In this document: piece by piece, positions 1 to 9,360 of the stretch
Numbering within the stretch: the first letter of the stretch is position 1
How the letters are laid out: every line of letters starts with the position of its first letter
Source of the DNA: an uncultured Spirochaetota bacterium
GTDB taxonomy: Bacteria; Spirochaetota; Brevinematia; Brevinematales; JAOACQ01
DNA length: 64,000 bases
Direction of reading: 5' to 3'
NCBI GenBank assembly: GCA_963768055.1
Contig: CAVYGN010000001.1
Span: 1,216,001 to 1,280,000 of the forward strand
Notes under the pieces: generated by a model
Seen by the model: only the letters and a program-made list of their open reading frames with translations
Databases searched by the model: none
Told to the model about the DNA's origin: nothing
Translations under genes and position numbers: made by a program

Positions 1-542
1 GGAATAGGAATTTTGAAATAATTCAGGGCCATGGCAGCTACAAAGGAATAAAAAACCGGTATTTTCAGCATTTGTAAAAATGCGTCTCTCGCATTGCTCT
101 TATCGGAAGCTGCAATAAAAACTCCGGCCGTATGTGTATAAAAAATGTAAAAGACCATGGCCAAAGTGCCTAATAAAAGGCCCTCTTTTCCGAACGCATA
201 CTGCGTGACCGGAAGGCCGAAATTTCCCGAATTCGTGAGTATAAGCGCCAGAAGAAGGATCGTTTTAAAAGCCCTTTCAAAGTGAAAAATCACATCGAGC
301 AGTTCTACCGCAAGTATAGTTAAAATAATAGTGATGGTAATAACAATAAAAATATTCAGGGTCGTGCCTGAAAAAAAATCCTTATTTTCGTAAATCGATG
401 AAAACACAAGCGCAGGTGTAAGCAAATATATAGATATAGTTGAAAATGATTTCCTGTTAACTGGAAATAATTTCCCAATTAAATAACCCGCAGCAAAAAT
501 CAGGACAACAGGGAACAATACATTATAAAAGACTTCAAGCAT
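1..542 (-). CDS. AEC (auxin efflux carrier)-family transporter, 3' end outside the window
   Basis: Hand translation from ATG at 542: MLEVFYNVLFPVVLIFAAGYLIGK...YLLTPALVFSS...NSGNFGLPVTQYAFG. The PALVF and NxGNxGLP motifs are typical of AEC transporters. Not in the ORF track because it runs off the edge. Confidence 0.8.
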   Translation of the reverse strand, partial: MLEVFYNVLFPVVLIFAAGYLIGKLFPVNRKSFSTISIYLLTPALVFSSIYENKDFFSGTTLNIFIVITITIILTILAVELLDVIFHFERAFKTILLLALILTNSGNFGLPVTQYAFGKEGLLLGTLAMVFYIFYTHTAGVFIAASDKSNARDAFLQMLKIPVFYSFVAAMALNYFKIPI

Positions 543-545
543 CCT

Positions 546-1883
546 TTACAATCTCTTTAATTTATTTTTATAATAGTTTAAAACATTGGGCTCTTTTTTA
601 ACTTCCCTGCCTATCCGGATATCGGGACATATCAGGCCTTCTTCCCTTTTCTTTTCAAGCAGTTTACTGATTTCAGCTGCCAATTTCTGGGGCTGGATCG
701 GATTAATATATATCTTTGTATTTCCTTCAAAACCTGCGGGAGTATGAATACGTAATTTTATGCATATATGCCAGGGAAGGCTGTAAACCGAATCGAAGGG
801 GGCATAATACCATTCCTCGTTGCATGTAGTCTGACTCGTAATGACCGAATGAATTGAATGCACTAGATCGCTCATTCCCTTGATTTCTTCACTTGTCTGT
901 TCAAACGGCCTGCTGGTCGGGCTCTTGGAATATACAACGACTGTAGGAAAGCGGTGGCCTATCTCGGATACAGCGATGGCATGATCGTTCTCTGCGATTA
1001 TCATTGAATGATAAATGCCGAAATTAATTGAAAATTCATTATAAAGATTTGGATTTTTTACAAGTTCCGCCATTTCCCTTTCCATCTGAACGCCCCATTC
1101 GTCCAATCCGACAAGCTGTTTATGAAGATGGTCAAAGGATGCTCCGGCAGGCCTTAGCCAGTTCTGGAAAACGCTTATATACCTGATAAACGGATTTTGA
1201 TCATAAATATCTCTCAGGCTTTCGGCTGTAAATAAAATGTATTGAAAATGCTCTTCAACAGTCAGTTCTCCCGATGAACAAAGTTCGTTAGAAAACCGGG
1301 CTCCATCTTTATAATGGCGTTTCCCGATTATAAGGTCGTGAGAACCTCCGAAAAAGGGGTTTAATTTTTCTATTTTCTCATACTCGGGCATTGAGTCAAA
1401 ATCAGATTCGATCCTTTTCGATTTCAATTCAAGCATTTTCATCGCATGAATATAGCCTTTAGAACTGTTCAGATATTTTTCTTTCCAATCCCTGTTAGTT
1501 TTATTCATTTTGAAATGATAGTTTTTAGACCAATAATCATAGGTAACTATTTCAAAAAGGTTTCCGACCCGTCTGAAATCTGCGGAACATTCCTTGATTT
1601 TTTCCGGGTCCATTCTGTAATATTTTCTCCATTCCCCGCCGGGGTCAGGTTCTCTTATGATCCTGGCCTTTTCCGGAGTGCATAATTCATACTTCGAACA
1701 GCAAAAGTCGCAGTAGTCCTCCGGACTTTTATGCGATAGGGGCAGAGGATTTTCAGTAACCCCGTTAAAAATCGGCCCTCTTTTTCTTTCTTCAACGCAC
1801 CACACTTCAGTGCCGTTGTACGGATTCACCTGTTTCAACGTTCCGTCGGGCATCCTCTGATAATATTTATCATAGAACGACAT
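546..1883 (-). CDS. DUF4921-family protein (GalT/HIT-like nucleotidyltransferase fold)
   Basis: N-terminal MPDGTLKQVNPYNGTEVW, CDFC, and FQNWLRPAGASFDHLHKQ (GalT-like GASxxHxHxQ). Start moved to ATG 1883, which follows GAAGGA. Confidence 0.75.
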   Translation of the reverse strand: MSFYDKYYQRMPDGTLKQVNPYNGTEVWCVEERKRGPIFNGVTENPLPLSHKSPEDYCDFCCSKYELCTPEKARIIREPDPGGEWRKYYRMDPEKIKECSADFRRVGNLFEIVTYDYWSKNYHFKMNKTNRDWKEKYLNSSKGYIHAMKMLELKSKRIESDFDSMPEYEKIEKLNPFFGGSHDLIIGKRHYKDGARFSNELCSSGELTVEEHFQYILFTAESLRDIYDQNPFIRYISVFQNWLRPAGASFDHLHKQLVGLDEWGVQMEREMAELVKNPNLYNEFSINFGIYHSMIIAENDHAIAVSEIGHRFPTVVVYSKSPTSRPFEQTSEEIKGMSDLVHSIHSVITSQTTCNEEWYYAPFDSVYSLPWHICIKLRIHTPAGFEGNTKIYINPIQPQKLAAEISKLLEKKREEGLICPDIRIGREVKKEPNVLNYYKNKLKRL

Positions 1884-1999
1884 AGTTACCGGTCCTTCTT
1901 CAGTATTAGAGCAGCTGGAAATTATAAAATTCGAAAGTAAATAAATCAATAAATAACAAGCCATATGTCGATTCCAGACAAGTTTGTGATTTATTTACT

Positions 2000-2028
2000 T
2001 TGACATTTATAAAAAAATGCAATAATAT
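2000..2028 (+). promoter_or_regulatory. sigma70-type promoter upstream of the discoidin lipoprotein gene
   Basis: TTGACA-17 bp-TAATAT. Confidence 0.5.
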
Positions 2029-2182
2029 GTATTAATTTTGGGCATTTATACAAAAAAGCGGTTAATTTCGATTTTTTAAGGTTGCAATGTGCCCTTTTAG
2101 GCTAACCCTGCCGCTAAAAATAAGTAATTGTATGTTTATAGTTAAAATTCGGGGTTTATTACCCTGTAAAAGGAGATAAAGT

Positions 2183-2692
2183 ATGGTCAGAAAAATTACT
2201 CTGGGTGTTTTACTTGGCGCTTTAGTCTTATGTTTTGCCGGTTGTGGCGAAAGCAAACCTGAAAAATCAAAGACGGACCTGGCTTTGAATAAGAAAGCCG
2301 TAGCCTCTTCCTTTGAAAAGGCGAACAAGTACAGCGACATGAAAGACCTTGTCGCCGCTTATGCCGTGGATGGAGATACTAAAACCCGTTGGGGTTCGGG
2401 TTGGAGCGATGATCCGGATCCGAACGTCGCCTGGATATATGTCGACCTCGGCGCCAGCATGCCCTTCCAGGAAGTTAAAATCAAATGGGAACCTTCCAAA
2501 GCAGTGGATTATAATATTGAAACTTCGGACGACGCCAATACCTGGACTGTCGTAAAAGCTGTGACCGGCAATGTTGTGGCGGATAATGATATCATCCTGG
2601 ATAAGCCCGTTACAGCCCGATATGTAAAGATAAATTGCAAAAAGCGTTCATCGCAGTACGGGTATTCGATATTTGAAATCTGGATTTACTGA
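2183..2692 (+). CDS. Lipoprotein with F5/8 type C (discoidin/CBM32) domain
   Basis: Lipobox-like LCFAGC; AVDGDTKTRWGS, WIYVDLG, ARYVKI and YSIFEI are discoidin-domain motifs; AGGAG RBS. Confidence 0.85.
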   Translation: MVRKITLGVLLGALVLCFAGCGESKPEKSKTDLALNKKAVASSFEKANKYSDMKDLVAAYAVDGDTKTRWGSGWSDDPDPNVAWIYVDLGASMPFQEVKIKWEPSKAVDYNIETSDDANTWTVVKAVTGNVVADNDIILDKPVTARYVKINCKKRSSQYGYSIFEIWIY

Positions 2693-2739
2693 TCGTTTTT
2701 ACATTAAAAGGATATGATTTTTCGGCATTAATCTGATTG

Positions 2740-2785
2740 ACTTTAACCCTGCCCGACTTCGCCTTCCGGGCAGGGTTAAAGTTTT
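2740..2785 (+). terminator. 16-bp perfect hairpin followed by a short T run (possible terminator of the lipoprotein gene)
   Basis: ACTTTAACCCTGCCCG-11 nt-CGGGCAGGGTTAAAGT, then TTT. Confidence 0.5.
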
Positions 2786-2890
2786 AAGGACCGGGCTCGA
2801 CAGCCGGAAGTTCGGAACGCCCGCTCTTACCCGGGTTTATGAATTATATGACTGACTGCTCCGAATATATTAACTCATTGAAATAGAATT

Positions 2891-2925
2891 ACGGCGGAAG
2901 CGAATGAAACTTCCGCCGTTTTTTT
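2891..2925 (+). terminator. Rho-independent terminator
   Basis: ACGGCGGAAG-9 nt-CTTCCGCCGT followed by a T tract. Confidence 0.7.
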
Positions 2926-2956
2926 CGCCGCGTTTATAATAAATGGGGATATTTGT

Positions 2957-3727
2957 ATGTATTTTATAAAGATAATAAAAGAATCGATAAAAAGCATAAA
3001 AAAATATTATATTTACTTTTTCATTGCGGCTTTGATAGGAGCGGCCAATCCTTTCTTTTTAATAATTGTTCTAAGGTCGATAAGGGAAATCCTTTCCCCC
3101 GTCCGATTCGGCGATCTGTCCTCGTTTCTTACCTCTAACTATTTCAGAATTTCTTTTTATTCATTTGTGATCTTTACAGTTCAGGGATTTTTTCCGCTTT
3201 CTATTTTCTCTATGGACGTTCAGAACAGCTTTTTGGACAATGAAAAGCCAGGCCTAAAAATATTTTTCAAGGGATTCGGCCGTTCTCTTCTCCGCACGAT
3301 CATACCCTCGATTTTCATGACCTTCATTTACGGCGCTCTGACCCTTTTATTTATTTCAATAGGGCTTTTCTATTTTTATAACATAAAAAACACAGTTATT
3401 TTGCTGGCCATAATATGCTTCATCTTTTTATCATACCTTTTCCTGCTGATAACCGAATATTTCTTTACACCGATGTTCGTGATGTATAAAAAACTTAAAT
3501 TCAGCGATATCCTGAAATATTCAATGGAGATTGCGGTAAGAAACGCACCGCGTGTACTGCTGATATTTATCGTCGATCTCGTCATTTTGATTTTATTAAC
3601 ACTTGCATGGAACGCGTCGATTTTATTTTATTTCGGAATTTCGAATATTCTGAGGCTTTATATGTTCAGGGAAATAATATCCGTGTACGAATTTCCTCCG
3701 GTTACCGGCTATTTGAGGCGTCGATAG
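2957..3727 (+). CDS. Hypothetical polytopic membrane protein
   Basis: 256 aa with about 5-6 hydrophobic segments; its 3' end overlaps the convergent gene by 26 bp. Confidence 0.7.
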   Translation: MYFIKIIKESIKSIKKYYIYFFIAALIGAANPFFLIIVLRSIREILSPVRFGDLSSFLTSNYFRISFYSFVIFTVQGFFPLSIFSMDVQNSFLDNEKPGLKIFFKGFGRSLLRTIIPSIFMTFIYGALTLLFISIGLFYFYNIKNTVILLAIICFIFLSYLFLLITEYFFTPMFVMYKKLKFSDILKYSMEIAVRNAPRVLLIFIVDLVILILLTLAWNASILFYFGISNILRLYMFREIISVYEFPPVTGYLRRR

Positions 3728-5072
3728 CAGTGATTTTTTCATGAAATTCCCTGGTAATAGGGTAAAATAACAGAAATACCGATCCTATTATTATTAAAAT
3801 TACCGGTATTATACTTAAAAGCAATTTAATTCCGCCCAAAGCCTCGGCAGTCTGCTTTATTATTCCGCCGGCATTGGCGGATTGAAAGTGCGACACCGAA
3901 AGAACAACCCCGTTGATCAGGAAAGAAACGGCCATACCCAGCTTTTGAATGAAAAACCAGATCCCGTAATAAAGTCCCTCGCTCCTTTTTCCATGAAGGT
4001 ATTCCCCGTAATCGACAACATCCGGGAGTATAGACCATAGGATAACAAAGAAAGTTGATAAACCTATTCCGGCTATGACAACAAATAAATAGAAAACCGG
4101 ATACCCAAGCGTAAGGCCGATTCCGGATATTATGACTATTGAAGCGGCTAAAACAACCGAGCCTGATAACAGCGCCGCTTTTTTCCCGAATTTCCTGGAA
4201 ACTGCAGTCCAGACCGGTAAAGCGAAAATGGAGGATATGATCAACACCCCCATGATCAGGCTGGATGAAAAACCTGTCAAACCCAGGTTGTAATTGATAT
4301 AATATACGAATATCGAAGAAAGGCCTGTGGTTGCAAGGGAATAAAAGAAAAAGGAACCCAGAAGAATTACAAAAGGTTTGTTCTTAAAAGTGTTCAAATA
4401 GTACTGCAGCTTGAATCCATGCTTTTCCCTGGCGACAGTATCATGCCCTCTAGTTGACAAATACGACGCTATTCCCGATATAACCATGATAATGCCGAAT
4501 ATGACGCTCATAGCCATATACCCCTGGGAAGATTTCAGCTGGCCTTTTGGAGAAAAAAGCGATACTATGATTTCAACCGCCCCGGCGCCTATAATGGTAG
4601 CAAGTAGTGAGAAAACAATCCGAACAGCGGTAAGAGAGGTTCTTTCATGATAATCCGCAGTCAAATCCGCGGTCATAGCGCCGTATGGGACATTGTAAAC
4701 CGTAAAAAACGTGCTGAACAATACAAAAAGTAATGCATAAAAAATAAATCTGAAAATCAGGCTTCCGCCAATAGGCAGCCATATAAATATGAAAGCTGCA
4801 GCAAAGGGAATTATGGACAAAATCAGCCAGAAACGGTGCTTGCCTTTTTTTGAAACAGTATTATCGACAAGCATGCCCATGAAAGGGTCCGCGATGCCGT
4901 CCCAGGCCCTCCCAAGAAGAAGAACCATGCCGGAAAGATAGCCGGGAAGGCCGATCATTGCATTTAGAAAAAAAAGGTAATGAAAGTTTATAGTTTGAAA
5001 TGCCAGTCCGGCGACCAAATCCCCTATTCCGTATCCTATCTTTATTCCAGTAGTAAGTTTATTCTTTTTCAT
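3702..5072 (-). CDS. MFS transporter, glycoside-pentoside-hexuronide (GPH/MelB) family
   Basis: KIGYGIGD, RAWDGIADPFMGMLVD, NVPYGAMTADLT..ERTSL, WSILPDVVDY..GKRSEG. Confidence 0.9.
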   Translation of the reverse strand: MKKNKLTTGIKIGYGIGDLVAGLAFQTINFHYLFFLNAMIGLPGYLSGMVLLLGRAWDGIADPFMGMLVDNTVSKKGKHRFWLILSIIPFAAAFIFIWLPIGGSLIFRFIFYALLFVLFSTFFTVYNVPYGAMTADLTADYHERTSLTAVRIVFSLLATIIGAGAVEIIVSLFSPKGQLKSSQGYMAMSVIFGIIMVISGIASYLSTRGHDTVAREKHGFKLQYYLNTFKNKPFVILLGSFFFYSLATTGLSSIFVYYINYNLGLTGFSSSLIMGVLIISSIFALPVWTAVSRKFGKKAALLSGSVVLAASIVIISGIGLTLGYPVFYLFVVIAGIGLSTFFVILWSILPDVVDYGEYLHGKRSEGLYYGIWFFIQKLGMAVSFLINGVVLSVSHFQSANAGGIIKQTAEALGGIKLLLSIIPVILIIIGSVFLLFYPITREFHEKITAIDASNSR

Positions 5073-5075
5073 TAT

Positions 5076-6440
5076 TTACTCTCCATGTGGCATTCTCTTC
5101 CGCTTATATTCATCAATGCAAGTCAGAAATCTCCGGGACAACTCCGAGGTCAGAAGACTGACTGCCTTTTGGGAATTTTTTTTATTTATGTCCGAATAAT
5201 TCGTAACTTTAATCGTTTCGCCGGCGACAATATGGGCCGTTTGTCCCCGGATCATAATTCTATTTTTAATGTTTCCCCCGAGGCATCTTCCGGCAAAATC
5301 ATAATAGTTCTGCGCCGTTTCTATATAAAGTTCAAGGGGATCTTCCGGTTTTAGTTTTTCAAAATCCAGATAAAATCCTATATCCACAAATTCCATATAA
5401 CGGGAAGCAAGCCATGCTTCCTCCGACAATCTGTCAGCCAGTCTTTTTTCCAGGGGGGATAATTTATTAATATTTTTGATGTCGGAACGGAACATCCTGT
5501 CCCAGGCTGTCTGCCTTATCCGGTAAACACGGTTGATATTATCTCCCTCGGAATCGATATTCAGGATTTTTTCGGCATGGTTTAATGCGGCTTCCAGAAG
5601 GATTTTCAATCTTTCGTTCGGGGGCGGTTTTACAGGAATATTTCGAAAATTGGAAAAAATAGAATATGAATCCTCCAGTATAGATAAGCATTTTTCCGGA
5701 ATATTTTTCAGCCTTTGATAAAGCGATAGCGACGGATCGGCTTTTATCCCGCAAATTTTTTCCGTTCCGGCGATCAATTTTTCAAGGCTTTTCCCGGCTT
5801 TAGCCGGCCATGAAAAATGCACCGATAAAGGAAGTATCTCTACTTCTTCATTTCGCTTTTCTTTTGCAAGATCCCCGGAACACCATAATGCTATTCTCGC
5901 GGAACCCTGCTCAATACGGGGAAGCGTATCGCTTGAATAGGAAGTCTGCCCCTCAGGAGCCAGGGCAAGGGGGTAAGCCCCGTTTTTTACCAATTCACGG
6001 ATGCGGCGGATACTTTTCATATCCACTTTTACATGGTACACAGGTAAGGCCCCGACGCGGGGAAGGACCCAGCGTTCGAACGGGCCTCCCCAGAGCGGAA
6101 CTTCGTAACCATAAATAAAATGCGCATGAGGTTCAACAGGATATCTGCAACCAAGTTTTGCCGCTTCTTTCGATAAAATCTTTCCGATTACATATGACAT
6201 AAGCTGGGGTTCATTTCCAAAGGGATGGCGGAATGCTACAATCAAACGAGACTTATTATTGAAAAAACGCTGAAAAGCGCCTGTAAACCGTTCCGGATGT
6301 ATGAATTTCACTCCTTTAAAACCCATAGATGAGAAATATATTGAACCGAACAGCCTGAAAAATCCGATGACCCAGGGCTTTATTTCAGGTTCGGGCAATT
6401 GAAAAGCCGCTTTAACTTTGTTTATAGGTTTTACAAACAT
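5076..6440 (-). CDS. PlsC-like glycerolipid acyltransferase (long form)
   Basis: AFRHPFGNEP (HxxxxD/E block I), LALAPEGQ (PEG block), ILPLSVHF. Confidence 0.7.
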   Translation of the reverse strand: MFVKPINKVKAAFQLPEPEIKPWVIGFFRLFGSIYFSSMGFKGVKFIHPERFTGAFQRFFNNKSRLIVAFRHPFGNEPQLMSYVIGKILSKEAAKLGCRYPVEPHAHFIYGYEVPLWGGPFERWVLPRVGALPVYHVKVDMKSIRRIRELVKNGAYPLALAPEGQTSYSSDTLPRIEQGSARIALWCSGDLAKEKRNEEVEILPLSVHFSWPAKAGKSLEKLIAGTEKICGIKADPSLSLYQRLKNIPEKCLSILEDSYSIFSNFRNIPVKPPPNERLKILLEAALNHAEKILNIDSEGDNINRVYRIRQTAWDRMFRSDIKNINKLSPLEKRLADRLSEEAWLASRYMEFVDIGFYLDFEKLKPEDPLELYIETAQNYYDFAGRCLGGNIKNRIMIRGQTAHIVAGETIKVTNYSDINKKNSQKAVSLLTSELSRRFLTCIDEYKRKRMPHGE

Positions 6441-6535
6441 TACGATAGCTCCCGATCCATTATAATTTAATCCCCGGGAGCAGGCAAATTAAAATGCATT
6501 TATTGATCTGTAAGAGCCGGGCTTTTCCAGGAACT

Positions 6536-7332
6536 TTAGATATAATTGGGAAGGGTTATTTTAACCCAATCATCGGTGAAATATCCGTAGTGAGCTTCAA
6601 TAGTCATATTCTTCAGGTCGCACAGGGCCGTGCTCCCCTCGATCTTTCTATTGCCATGATCTTCCGGGCTGTTATCATAGTAATGGATGCAATCGTCGCC
6701 GAATATCCAGGAAACTCCCCTGTCAAGGCCGGCCATGATCTCTACAGCATTTTCAGCGCTTTCCGCAAACTGCGCGCTATGTTTGACAAGAAGAAGAGAG
6801 TTGACACCAATGCAGTCCGGTGTGCAGTTGCCCGCGGCAACGATCTGGACGCCGCAGCATATGCCCCTGATGTTCATAGATGTAGGGCTGCCTACATGGC
6901 CCGGAGCGGTTAAATTGACTGTGGGAAGGGCCTTTGAGCCGTTTTTCGCAACGACGTTTATGGGATTGTTGATAAGGCAGGCCGTATACTGGTATATCTC
7001 CCCTGTAGGGAACATGAAATCCCTTCCCATGTAGCGCCCCCCTCCGGCCGATTTTTCGAAAACGGAAAAGCCGTTGCACATCATAGGCAATTTAAAATCC
7101 CCGGACTTGAGATTTAAATGCATGAGTTTAACGAATAATTCCTCTTTTAAATCCCGGGGTGAATATTCGATTTCAGAAGGCGGGTTTTTAAATCGCTTAC
7201 CTGAATGCCCTGCTTGTTAAGGCTTAAAGATAAAAAATCCCCTGTATAGATCATGGAGCAGAGAATGTCATGACCGAGGTTTATCATCAGAAGATCTTTT
7301 TTTGTTACTTTGGTAGCCTAAACCTTGCAGCC
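6536..7332 (-). pseudogene. Decayed C45-family (Ntn-hydrolase, acyl-CoA:6-APA acyltransferase-like) gene
   Basis: ORF 6536-7123 contains MCNGFSV (Ntn nucleophile Cys), GRDFMF and GHVGSPTSMN. An upstream frame reads AGCKV*ATKVTKKDLLMINLGHDILCS...HPG, with an in-frame TAG near 7320 and a frameshift near 7155. No start codon or RBS for a full-length gene. Confidence 0.6.
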
Positions 7333-7341
7333 CGCTTAAAA

Positions 7342-7370
7342 TTGACACAAATTTGCACAGGAAATAGAAT
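7342..7370 (+). promoter_or_regulatory. sigma70-type promoter
   Basis: TTGACA-17 bp-TAGAAT, followed by an AAGGAGG RBS before ATG 7404. Confidence 0.65.
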
Positions 7371-7403
7371 AATCCTGGTACAGCTCAATTTAAGGAGGGC
7401 TTT

Positions 7404-9287
7404 ATGGGGCAAAAAATTCTTTTTCGTATTAAATATTTATCCCGCTTTTTTCTTCTGTCATCCGTTTTTATACCTGCTTTAATTTGGGGGCAGGTTTCCG
7501 GCGGCGTCCGGTTTAAGCCTGCTGTAGTTTTGATGCCGCTGGGAAGTACGAACAGTCCCGATATTTATGCAAAGGGATATTCGCTGTTATTGGGAAGGAT
7601 CAAGTCTTTCGACGGGATAAACCTGATCACGAACGGGCCCGTCCTGGAAGGACTTCTTCAAAAGATGCCTGAAATGGCTGAAACAAACAGCTTTATAACT
7701 ATCCATAGCAAAATAATACCATTCGCTTACGAACATTTCATAGACGAGATTCTCTTAATACATAACGGGAATACTTCGAACGATTTTATCGATATTATCG
7801 GCAGGCATGTCGATGACAAAAACTGGTCATGGAATAAAAACGAATTTACATTCACGGAAGATAACCTCGACTTGCAGATAGATTGCGAGATAACAAATTT
7901 ACTAACCGGTGTGGATTCCATTCAGGGCTGGCGCGACCCGAAATTCTGGAATTTCAGCGGGAAATTCCATCTCAAGGATTTAAAAACCGGAAAAATTATG
8001 GATCTTGAAAAGTACCGGGGGAAACTGGTCGTATTAACCGAATATCCGGCCGGGGGTTTCGACGCCGACTTATATTACTTAATGAAGGTCATTTTCGATA
8101 AACTGAATTATAAATTTCCGGATATCATCACCCTGTTCGGTGTTTACGATTCCTCAGCAAACGGTAAAAATTTAAAATGCGCAGATGTTATGAGAGAAAA
8201 GGGAGTACTTGCTGATCCGGAATTCAAGTATCCTGTCGTTGACGTGACTCCCCTTCCAAGGGACAGGAACTATAGTTTCATGGCTTTTTATTACGGTTAT
8301 CTGACCGCTGACGGGATGACCAATAAGCAATTCGATATTAATACCCATGACAGGATCATTTTTGGGAATCTTGAAGACATTTTGCCACCGGAGAAACGTG
8401 GCGGGATCCGGACGACCCTGGTCGAAGCGGCCAGGGACAACGACCTTCCCCTTGTAAGCCGGCTCATTAAGGAAGGCGCCGACCCTCTCGTCGCCGAAGA
8501 CTCCCGGTTTGCTCTCGATTGGGCGGTTTTCCATGAAAACGGCGCCATGATCGATGAAATAACAGGTCATAGAACAAGCGCAGCCGATATCTACCACGCA
8601 GCTTATATGGCGCTTGTCAACGGAAAGAAGGGGATTTTCACCGGCCTTATCGGGAAAATCGTACGGTCCGAGAATCCGGACTATATAAAACTTAGATATA
8701 TATTCACCCTGGCTGGACAATCGGGAGACAAAGACTGGCTGGCCTTACTGGATAAGACCTTTCCCGCGGTTTCGTTTTTTTTCAGTCCTTCTTTCAGCTT
8801 CGAAAGTCTTATAGCGTCGGGAATAAAACCGGGTATCGACCCCGCTTATCCCTTCCCCGTCTCGCCCCAGCCCTTCAAATCCCATGAATGCGAACTCTAC
8901 GCCATGAAGCATTTATTGAAATACAAGTACGATTTTAACCTGGACATACCCAAGTGGGAAAAAAAGATGAAAAAAGGTCCTCTCGACCTCTGGTTTTTCA
9001 CGGAATGCGCCGAGGTCGCCTACGGCGAAGGATTTGATTTTGAATATTACACGGAATATAATGCAGACCCCGGGCTGTTCTTCTACTATCTCTCGAAGGG
9101 CGAACCCGTGATCACGGAAAGAATGTTTGGAAAAGACCGGCATTCGGTCGTAGCCTATTCCTACGATACGAACGGGGTCTGGCTCTCGGATTCGGGCAAT
9201 GGCAGGAGGTGGGTCATACCTGTTGAAAAGCTCATTACAAATGAAATATTTTCAATGCGGGTGTTAAAAAAGGCGGATGCTAAATAA
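7404..9287 (+). CDS. Secreted multidomain protein: thioredoxin-like segment, ankyrin repeats and C-terminal C39/papain-like peptidase
   Basis: Signal-like N-terminus; DLEKYRGKLVVL (redoxin-like start, no CxxC); LVEAARDNDLPLVSRLIKEGADP..ALDWAV (ankyrin); CELYAM..HSVVAYSYD..LSDS (Cys-His-Asp). Confidence 0.55.
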   Translation: MGQKILFRIKYLSRFFLLSSVFIPALIWGQVSGGVRFKPAVVLMPLGSTNSPDIYAKGYSLLLGRIKSFDGINLITNGPVLEGLLQKMPEMAETNSFITIHSKIIPFAYEHFIDEILLIHNGNTSNDFIDIIGRHVDDKNWSWNKNEFTFTEDNLDLQIDCEITNLLTGVDSIQGWRDPKFWNFSGKFHLKDLKTGKIMDLEKYRGKLVVLTEYPAGGFDADLYYLMKVIFDKLNYKFPDIITLFGVYDSSANGKNLKCADVMREKGVLADPEFKYPVVDVTPLPRDRNYSFMAFYYGYLTADGMTNKQFDINTHDRIIFGNLEDILPPEKRGGIRTTLVEAARDNDLPLVSRLIKEGADPLVAEDSRFALDWAVFHENGAMIDEITGHRTSAADIYHAAYMALVNGKKGIFTGLIGKIVRSENPDYIKLRYIFTLAGQSGDKDWLALLDKTFPAVSFFFSPSFSFESLIASGIKPGIDPAYPFPVSPQPFKSHECELYAMKHLLKYKYDFNLDIPKWEKKMKKGPLDLWFFTECAEVAYGEGFDFEYYTEYNADPGLFFYYLSKGEPVITERMFGKDRHSVVAYSYDTNGVWLSDSGNGRRWVIPVEKLITNEIFSMRVLKKADAK

Positions 9288-9360
9288 AGCTGTTCAGCCG
9301 ATTCCGAGGGGACAAGCCCTCAGTTTGCATCCTCTCCCTGCGGCGATCATGTCGGTTATC

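Noticed and set aside
1985..2000. Possible CRP site (TGTGA) upstream of the lipoprotein promoter
   Set aside because: Only one half-site matches; the other half (TACTT) is poor.
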